DNA of 40,069 bases. It comes from Planctomycetota bacterium (lineage in GTDB: Bacteria; Planctomycetota; SZUA-567; H5-PLA8). The translations under genes and the position numbers were made by a program. The notes under the pieces were generated by a model. It searched no databases. It was not told the DNA's origin and saw nothing but the letters and a program-made list of their open reading frames with translations. Below are positions 1 to 7,001 of this stretch, piece after piece (the first letter of the stretch is position 1; each line of letters opens with the position of its first letter). The stretch is from the NCBI GenBank assembly GCA_038227875.1, contig JBBRPR010000072.1:1-40069 (forward strand), in the 5' to 3' direction.

Positions 1-219
1 TCCCTGCAAAGTTCGAGCTTTGCGGGGACCTGCTGTTTTTATAACCGTCCGAAATCTTCTGCGGCCTACTGACCGCATCGGCGCAGATTAGCGCGAGAAT
101 TACTGCTGTCTACGATGCAATACTGTGAGAGCCCTGACAGGCGTGAAGATGTGGTTGTTGCGAATGAACTGGATTTGATTGAGGACATCCAAATTTTGCG
201 CAACACCGGAGATCTATCA

Positions 220-1236
220 ATGAACCCAAAGTTGAACTGCGAATATCCCGATCCGGGCGAGGCAAAGTTGTTTGAGGAGATGGTCAAAATAACCATCGCT
301 CGGATGAAGCCCCAGCAGGGGCGTATCCACCGCGGCCAGCATGCAAAGGCGACCGGTTGTGTAAAAGGCGTGTTCACAATACGAGACGATGTGGCCGACG
401 ACTTACGTTATGGCGTCTTTCACCAACCAAATCAGTCGTTTCAGGCGATCGTCCGCTTCTCCAACTCATCGGAGACGATCGACCCCGATGGCAAGAGTGC
501 CGCACGAGGGATGGCCATCAAGCTGTTGGGTGTGGATGGAACTCCGGCCATTCCCGACACCCGTAACCGCTGTCAGGATTTCCTAGCCATCAATCACCCT
601 GTCTTCCCTTTTGCAACTCCAGCTGAATTCGTGAAGTTTTTCGAAATCCGCGATACATCGTTGGTGGGGGATCCTTTGGCCGCGGCCTGGCTTGCTCTTT
701 TTCACTATCGGCACCTTAAGATCGGGAAAGCAATCCTGGACAAAATCGTTGCCAGCCCCTTGGATCTGACGTATTGGAGCGGGTCGCCTTATTGGCTCGG
801 CCCACCCGGATCAACCGGTGGCCACGTCGTGAAATACTCGCTGGTGCCCCGTTTCAAAGGGATGTCGTCTGGCGATCCGGTCAGCAAATCCGATGATTAC
901 CTCAGTGAGGCCCTCGGACGACACCTCAGAACACGAGAAGCCGTCTTCGAATTACGGGTTCAGCCTCAGACAAATCCAATGACGATGCCAGTTGAAGACG
1001 CTTCGATTGAATGGGACGAAGAAGTCTCGAAACCAATTCCTCTAGCTACACTCACGATCGGCGTGCAGGATGTCGATTCGCCCGAGGGGCGGGCATTGGT
1101 TGACGAGTGCGACGCGATGGCCTTCTCGCCTTGGAATGCGCTGGATGAACATCGGCCGATGGGGGGAATAAACCGACTGCGGCAGATGGTGTATTTAGCG
1201 AGCCAAGCAAAGAGAGCGGCAAATTGCGGGTCGTGA
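220..1236 (+). CDS. Small catalase-related heme protein (catalase-like/y4iL-type peroxidase family)
   Basis: Catalase-fold motifs: RGQHAK (distal His), VRFSNS, ARGMAIK, QDFLAINHPVF, F-S-PWN, GGINRLRQMVY (proximal Tyr). Start moved to ATG 220, which follows GGAGA. Confidence 0.85.
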   Translation: MNPKLNCEYPDPGEAKLFEEMVKITIARMKPQQGRIHRGQHAKATGCVKGVFTIRDDVADDLRYGVFHQPNQSFQAIVRFSNSSETIDPDGKSAARGMAIKLLGVDGTPAIPDTRNRCQDFLAINHPVFPFATPAEFVKFFEIRDTSLVGDPLAAAWLALFHYRHLKIGKAILDKIVASPLDLTYWSGSPYWLGPPGSTGGHVVKYSLVPRFKGMSSGDPVSKSDDYLSEALGRHLRTREAVFELRVQPQTNPMTMPVEDASIEWDEEVSKPIPLATLTIGVQDVDSPEGRALVDECDAMAFSPWNALDEHRPMGGINRLRQMVYLASQAKRAANCGS

Positions 1237-1454
1237 ATTCGCGCGCGCCGCTGAAGCGAGCGCGAGGACCATAAGAGGGAGGAGCGTCGTTTTCCGCATG
1301 GTGCTGATTAGACGGAGCAGCATGGCTTTTAATTCCGATTCCCGTCCGAAAGTAACAGAATGTTACATTCTTCGGCAAGATCCCATTTTGCAATATGCAG
1401 GCGAGACCTCCAAGATTTCATGTTACCTCTTACTGACACGCTTGTTATAACAGC

Positions 1455-2012
1455 AATGGAAGAGCTAACGCGGTTTATGGTCTGGGTTAAGTTGCGCAGA
1501 GCTGCTGAGCGACCCGCGAAGAAAAAATGGTTTCAGTTCCATTTAACTACAGCAATCCTGCGCTAATGGTTGGAGCGGGCGGTTTCTTATGGCTGAACAC
1601 TGATTCAGTTTCTTCAGCCATCAAGCCGCATGAATCCAGATTTTGGTATCCGGTTGACGAGGGGTGGGCCTATCGGTATCGAGCTTGGACTCAGGCTGAT
1701 TATGATAAATCGGACGGTCAAGTGATAGGCAAGAATAACTACGGCTGGCCCTTTCTTGCTTACTTCGATCTGGGCCTTCCTGATGACAACGGAAACTGGG
1801 GCAATCATTGGCACAAATGGGGGCTGTTTGCAGATGGCTCAATTGCTCTGACGTCACTTGCGATTTTCGCGCTCCTTTCCGAATATATATTTTATCGCCG
1901 CTTCCGCCACAATACCGCAGGCACATCCGACAGATCTGACTTTTCATATCGGATTTGCCTAGCGGGGGCCATTGTCTCGAAACCTACGAAATCCGGCAGA
2001 GAGGAAAAGTAA
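1455..2012 (+). pseudogene. Frameshifted small two-TM membrane protein (or sequencing error)
   Basis: KKKWFQFHLTTAIL in the 1360..1566 frame continues naturally as LMVGAGGFLWLN...YGWPF...second TM helix in the 1527..2012 frame. One added base at ATCCTG^CGCTAATG (~1560) restores a single ORF. Start is uncertain. Confidence 0.5.
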
Positions 2013-2312
2013 ATGTCCAACTCACGATTGAAGTTACTTAGAGACGAGCAGCTCATGACAGAACTGGCCGGAGGAAATCACGGCGCGTTCAAAGAAATTC
2101 TGCGGCGCTACGAGACTCCGTGTATCGAGTTCTGTGAGTCGTTCGTGCGGAACCGAAATTCCGCGGAGAACCTCGCACAGGAAACGTTCTTGCACGTTTT
2201 CCGCGACGCGAAGCGCTACCAGCCTGTGGCCAGATTCACGACTTGGTTCTACAAAATTGCTGCGGGCCGCTGCATCATCGAATTGAAGAAGCGGCAGGCT
2301 CGGAACGCCTGA
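2013..2312 (+). CDS. Truncated ECF sigma-70 factor, region 2 only (possible pseudogene)
   Basis: DEQLM..LAGGN..AF.EILRRY, AENLAQETFLHVFR and FTTWFYKIA are the ECF sigma2 pattern. The ORF stops at 99 aa, with no room for sigma4 before the convergent gene at 2372. Confidence 0.75.
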   Translation: MSNSRLKLLRDEQLMTELAGGNHGAFKEILRRYETPCIEFCESFVRNRNSAENLAQETFLHVFRDAKRYQPVARFTTWFYKIAAGRCIIELKKRQARNA

Positions 2313-2371
2313 AGGTCCAATGGTTTGGCGGAGAGATAACTCCCCCGAACACGCGCTGCAGCGCGCGGAAC

Positions 2372-4483
2372 TTACTTCTCCCCGATGCAGTAGAGATTGA
2401 CCTCGCCGCGCAGGTACAGCTTGTTGCCGCTGAAGACCGGGTTGCTGATCATGCACTCATTGCGTTCCGGACCGTAGCGGAAGTACAGCTGCTCGATGCG
2501 GTTCCGGGCGACTTGTTTGAACGTGCGGCCCGGTTCGATGACCACGGCAGCGCCCTGGTCGTCCCAGATGTAGATGTACTTTCCGGCGAGCGCCGGGCTG
2601 GCGGCGCAGCCGGCGCGGACGACGGGGCCGTTGTGGTACATGATCGGACTTAAGTCGAGGAGCTTCTGATAGACGACCTCGCCCTTGGCGGCGTCGAGCA
2701 CGGTCAGGACGCCATCGACGCTCAAGACGTAGGCCAGGCCCTGGTACAGCAGCGGCGACGCGCAATGGTCGTAGCTGAACCAGCAGGGGAAATCCTTCAC
2801 GTCGTACTCCACTTCCTTGGTGTCTTTCATGACCACCGGGTCGCTGAGGGTGTCGGGCAATGTTTGAAAGACAAAGCGGACCTCGCCGGCCTTCTTCGCG
2901 AGAACATAGCTGCAGACCGTACGGTCCTCGATCGTCGGGGAGAGATAGTTGGCGATATTGAAATACGGCGGCATAAAGGCCTGCGACAGAATTTTGCCGT
3001 CGCTGACGCGGGTAAGAATGGCGAATGATTGTTCGACCACTTTCTCACCGCCCACAATCAGCGGTAACGGCGTCGCGCAGGGAGAAGGCGTTTTTGATTT
3101 CCACAGGACTTCTCCATTCTTGCAGTCGAGCACGACGACACCGTTGGTGTTCTGCCCCTTGATCACGATCTTGCCGTCGATCAGGCACGGCGACGCGTGG
3201 TAACCATGCTCGGAACTCCGGAGCCCGACCACGGACGTCCATTTTCGATTGCCGTTCAGGTCGAAGCAGGCGAGCGTGCCCGAACCAAAGAGCACGTACA
3301 CGTTCTGGCCGTCGGTGACCGGCGTGGGCGCCGATTCGCCGGCCTCGCCGGTGCTCTGGCCGGGGTATTTCTCGTGGTCCATTTTCTGCAGAAGCACTTG
3401 GATCTTGCCGTAGCCGCCCAGCCCTGCTTTCAATTTGGGATCCACAGCGAACTTTTCCGGCGCTTCGCAGTAGGCTTTCAGGGACTCGTTGACTTTTGCC
3501 ATCAGCGCATCGACTTCGGTAAAGACCTCGGCATTTTTCGTTCGTTCCTCCGCGGTGGCCGCGTCGGCGTACGAACTGGATTTTGCCCATAGCACCTTGC
3601 CGTCCTTCGCATCGATGCAGGTCAACACGCCGGCTTCATTGGGAATGAAGAGCTTGCCGCTGACGAGAATCGGCGAGCCCACTCCGGGGCCGTTGTCGAG
3701 CGTGCGCGTCGACCAGAGAATATTTTTGCTTTCGAAGGTGTCCTGATCGGTGCCGAAAAATGCAGCGTTGAAATGCCATTGAACGACGCCCTGGCTCCAG
3801 TTGGTCTCTTGGATGGTAGCGACGCGCAGCAGCAGGCGATTCCAGCCCTTCTCGAGCGGCAGCTTGATGCGCGAGCCGTTGGCGTTGTACGTGCCGAGAG
3901 CCTTTCCATTCAGCCAGACTTTTCCGGTGCCGCTGAGCATGACATTCATGAAGACCGGTTTGCCTTCGGCCGAATGGATCCACGTGTGGGCGTAGGCGAC
4001 AAATCCCTTCCCATCTTTCGTGATCTTGTTGTAGAGCGGCCAGAAATTCAGCCAGGACGTGTCGAGCGTGATGGGCTTCCATTCCAAGTCGCCGCTTTTT
4101 TCGCTTTCATCATCGCCGAGCTTCGCTTCGTCCGGTCCGAAATCGTCCTTGGACACCTTGCCGGCAGGAATGGGCACGGGACCCAGGATGAACCAGTCGC
4201 GAATCTCGCCATCCGGCATGGGCTTGCCCTTATCGTCTGGCTTGGGCTTCTTCGCCTGTGTGCTGAGCTCCTTGATCGACGCAGAGATCCGTCCCCAGGC
4301 CAGCGGCGGTTCCGCGGCTGGAAAGCGGCCGTTGCCATCGCCGCGCCAGCCGAACGGATGTTCCGGAGTGGGTTGGAAATCCGGCGATCCCAGCGGCGCG
4401 GGAGTTGCCTCGCCTGCGTGAAGCGCGAGCATGTAGCTTAGAAATATTATTACAGTCAGCGTCAAACCTTTGCGCGGCATCAT
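2372..4483 (-). CDS. Exported PQQ-binding-like (BamB-like) beta-propeller protein with inserted beta-sandwich domain
   Basis: Signal peptide; WRGDGNG start motif; repeated SP/TP...D/G...W blades (GSPIL, PTPVTDGQNVYV, ASPLLYQG, ASPALAG, SNPVFSGNKLYLRGEVNLYCIG); insert WFILGP...AYAHTWI...VWLNGK...GWNRLLLRV. Confidence 0.85.
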   Translation of the reverse strand: MMPRKGLTLTVIIFLSYMLALHAGEATPAPLGSPDFQPTPEHPFGWRGDGNGRFPAAEPPLAWGRISASIKELSTQAKKPKPDDKGKPMPDGEIRDWFILGPVPIPAGKVSKDDFGPDEAKLGDDESEKSGDLEWKPITLDTSWLNFWPLYNKITKDGKGFVAYAHTWIHSAEGKPVFMNVMLSGTGKVWLNGKALGTYNANGSRIKLPLEKGWNRLLLRVATIQETNWSQGVVQWHFNAAFFGTDQDTFESKNILWSTRTLDNGPGVGSPILVSGKLFIPNEAGVLTCIDAKDGKVLWAKSSSYADAATAEERTKNAEVFTEVDALMAKVNESLKAYCEAPEKFAVDPKLKAGLGGYGKIQVLLQKMDHEKYPGQSTGEAGESAPTPVTDGQNVYVLFGSGTLACFDLNGNRKWTSVVGLRSSEHGYHASPCLIDGKIVIKGQNTNGVVVLDCKNGEVLWKSKTPSPCATPLPLIVGGEKVVEQSFAILTRVSDGKILSQAFMPPYFNIANYLSPTIEDRTVCSYVLAKKAGEVRFVFQTLPDTLSDPVVMKDTKEVEYDVKDFPCWFSYDHCASPLLYQGLAYVLSVDGVLTVLDAAKGEVVYQKLLDLSPIMYHNGPVVRAGCAASPALAGKYIYIWDDQGAAVVIEPGRTFKQVARNRIEQLYFRYGPERNECMISNPVFSGNKLYLRGEVNLYCIGEK

Positions 4484-4648
4484 TGATTCTCCGAATGAAC
4501 TTTTCTGTTACACCGCGAGCAAATCGAAAAGCGATTCAATTCTTCAATCCGTGAAAAAGAGGACCACCTGATGTAGGCAATGCTACACAGGGGAATCAAA
4601 TACCGTGGCAGCGCGTCGAATCGCAGGGGAGACCTGAGGTGTGCGCGT

Positions 4649-4915
4649 TTACTTTCGGTACCAGACGCGCAGGAACTGGTGCCAGTGGTTGGTGTACTGA
4701 TCGGGCACGCGGAGGTACGTGTCGTTGGGTCCCTTCTCGCCGGAGTTGTACATATTGGGAAGGACCACTGTTTCGATCTGCACGATCTCCACTTCGTTGC
4801 TTCGAATCCATTGATCGGCGGCAGCGACGGCATCGTCGAAATTCGCGAAATCGCCGTCGCTGAAGAAACCGTAGTCCTTGATCTGGCGTGGTACGAAGTT
4901 TTTGTATTTGAGCAT
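4649..4915 (-). CDS. Hypothetical protein (88 aa)
   Basis: Strong RBS (GAAAGGAGAG) before the ATG; globular composition; directly downstream of the MOSC gene on the same strand. Confidence 0.75.
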   Translation of the reverse strand: MLKYKNFVPRQIKDYGFFSDGDFANFDDAVAAADQWIRSNEVEIVQIETVVLPNMYNSGEKGPNDTYLRVPDQYTNHWHQFLRVWYRK

Positions 4916-4942
4916 GGCGGCTCTCCTTTCGAATAATAATGA

Positions 4943-5719
4943 TCAGATTGCGGATACAGGGTCGCCGATGCGCAGGACTTTTCCTGCATCGTCGGGCTTT
5001 ACGGTGGTCCGCAACGAGAACATGAAGAAATGCTCCATGGCCGAGCGCTGAGCCCACGCGGGCACTTCGGCGGCGCGGTGGGCCATGAATTCCTTTTCAA
5101 ATCCGCTGCGCCCCACGCCGGTATCCGGGTCGCGTGTGACGACCACGCACCGATCACAGGGCGCTCCGCCATTGAGGACGACGTCGCCGATGCGGATACT
5201 TCGCGTGGCGCCGTCGGCGGATTTGTAGAACTGATCTTCCCAGAACGCCGGCACGCCGCTGACTTCCAGGTTGGCGCGGAAACGTCGCCGCACATCGCTC
5301 ACGGGCATGCCGGGAAACCACGCGCCCACGCGTTCGATGCTCGCCGCGGCCAGCACGGTCGGGCCGTGGAGTTCCCCGTCGTCCGGAAAGCCATGCTGCA
5401 GATCCTGGCGCAACGCGACGGCGTAACCGAAGAACGCGCCGATCCACTCTTCGATGCCGCTGCGTTCGGCGTCGAGATGAAACGTTTTCGGTTCGCAGCC
5501 CGGCGCTTTGAGTTCGACGGTGCGCGCGGCCAGGTCGAATTTTGAGCGGATCTGATGGAGTTTCACTTCGCGCTTGCCGCGGACCCATTTTCCGGCCGTG
5601 TCGAAGAGCGAAAATTCGCGGTCGTGCTGCAGCGACCCGCCCGGCATCACGCGCGCTTCGCGGATTTCGACAGGGTCCAACGACTTGATGGGGAAGATCT
5701 GAAGAAACGAAAGCTGCAT
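4943..5719 (-). CDS. MOSC domain protein (YcbX/mARC-like molybdenum-cofactor protein)
   Basis: MOSC_N motif IFPIKSLD...HDREF; FPDD; RRFRANL; FWED; PCDRCVVVTRDPDTG with the conserved Cys. Confidence 0.9.
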   Translation of the reverse strand: MQLSFLQIFPIKSLDPVEIREARVMPGGSLQHDREFSLFDTAGKWVRGKREVKLHQIRSKFDLAARTVELKAPGCEPKTFHLDAERSGIEEWIGAFFGYAVALRQDLQHGFPDDGELHGPTVLAAASIERVGAWFPGMPVSDVRRRFRANLEVSGVPAFWEDQFYKSADGATRSIRIGDVVLNGGAPCDRCVVVTRDPDTGVGRSGFEKEFMAHRAAEVPAWAQRSAMEHFFMFSLRTTVKPDDAGKVLRIGDPVSAI

Positions 5720-5799
5720 GCGGGATCCTCGGGTTTGAGATGAAAGTAATGACACCGCAGGAGGAGAAACGTTACACGAAGATCAGTCCTTCGCGTTTC

Positions 5800-6780
5800 T
5801 CACTTCTCGATCTCAATCCCGTCCTTCTTGACGTACTCGCGCCAGCCGCCGATGTAGTTGAAGGCGTGGTCGAAGCCCATCAGCCAGAGCGAGAAATACA
5901 GATGCGCGCTGCGGCCGCCGGCCTGATCGTAGAGGCAGATCTTCTGATCCTTTTCCATGCCGGCGACACGAAGCAGGGCGTGGAGTTCGGGCGGGGAGCG
6001 CCAGACGCGGGAGCGTTCGGCGCCGGACATCAGATTGCTCCATTCGATGTTCGCCGCGCCGGGGATGTGGCCGCCGACTTTGCCGCGCACGTCTTCACCG
6101 CTGTATTCGGCCGGCGCGCGCGCGTCGATCAGCGCCAGCGCGGGCATGCGGCCGAGGGTCGTGCCGCGGGTGCGGAACTGCGGGAGTTCATCAAACGTGG
6201 CCGCGCCGCGCAGCGTGGCGGCCGGTTCGAAGGTGCCGGGCGCGGCCCGGGGCGGAAGTTCGGGAATCCACGCGCGGCGTTCGTCGTGCCATTTTCCGGC
6301 GCCGCCGTCGAGCATCGCGACGTGGTCGTGACCGCGGGCGTGGAGCGTAAACCAGACGCGCGCGGCGAGGCGGCCGTCGTCTTCATCGTAAATCACGACG
6401 TTGCTGTCGGCGTTGATGCCCAATTCGGCGCAGACAGCTTTGAGTGCTTCCGGGCTGATCATGAAGTACGGCGCAGCGGCGGGATCCTGGAGCGAATCGG
6501 AGGGCAGATTGCGTGCGCCGGGAATGTGCGCGGCGATGTAGTCGACGTCGTTGCGCGCATCGATCAGCACCAGTTTCGGATCCTTGGCGGCGATTAGTTT
6601 CGCCAGATTTTCCGTCGAGACCAGCGCGTCCGCGCGCGGGTATTCCTTGGGCGCGAGCGCTTCGGTGGCCGTGGTGGTGGCCTTGGGCAGTCCGGTGGTG
6701 TCGAAGCCCTTGTCTTCGCCGGCGATGACACACGCTGGTATTGCCGCGAGCAGGAGGTAAAACGCAGTGATTCGCCGCAT
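5800..6780 (-). CDS. Exported tandem-domain rhodanese/sulfurtransferase-like protein (catalytic Cys replaced by Asp)
   Basis: Signal peptide MRRITAFYLLLAAIPACVIA; LIDAR..Y..AHIPGA; VVIYD; LDGG..W; second domain LIDARAPAEYSG..GGHIPGA; YIGGWREY. Active-site loop reads LYDQAGGRS. Confidence 0.85.
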   Translation of the reverse strand: MRRITAFYLLLAAIPACVIAGEDKGFDTTGLPKATTTATEALAPKEYPRADALVSTENLAKLIAAKDPKLVLIDARNDVDYIAAHIPGARNLPSDSLQDPAAAPYFMISPEALKAVCAELGINADSNVVIYDEDDGRLAARVWFTLHARGHDHVAMLDGGAGKWHDERRAWIPELPPRAAPGTFEPAATLRGAATFDELPQFRTRGTTLGRMPALALIDARAPAEYSGEDVRGKVGGHIPGAANIEWSNLMSGAERSRVWRSPPELHALLRVAGMEKDQKICLYDQAGGRSAHLYFSLWLMGFDHAFNYIGGWREYVKKDGIEIEK

Positions 6781-6828
6781 GACGGGAATTGTCCGGTTGT
6801 TGTGCGGTGGCGTCAAGGTGAGGACCTT

Positions 6829-6983
6829 ATTGCGGATTTCGGATTGCGGATTGGGTGGGTGCGCGTGATGGAGAAGCGAGAACTTCCAATTGCAATGGTG
6901 AGGTTCACGTACGCGCTGGAATGTCACGACCTCATGGAACGCTCGCCAATCCAATCCGCAATCCGCAATCCGCAATCCGCAAT
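6829..6983. repeat. Inverted pair of heptamer tandem repeats (ATTGCGG)n ... (CCGCAAT)n
   Basis: ATTGCGG ATTTCGG ATTGCGG ATTGG at 6829-6854; CCAAT followed by 4x CCGCAAT at 6951-6983. Confidence 0.9.
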
Positions 6984-7001
6984 ACAGGTCCCCCTCTAAT
7001 T

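Noticed and set aside
5910..5945. Possible selenocysteine at the rhodanese active site
   Set aside because: The codon is GAT (Asp) in an open frame, not TGA.
6855..7001. N-terminal extensions of recG and the rhodanese given by the ORF track
   Set aside because: They translate the heptamer repeats (IRNPQSA); the true starts are better placed at 7002 and 6780.
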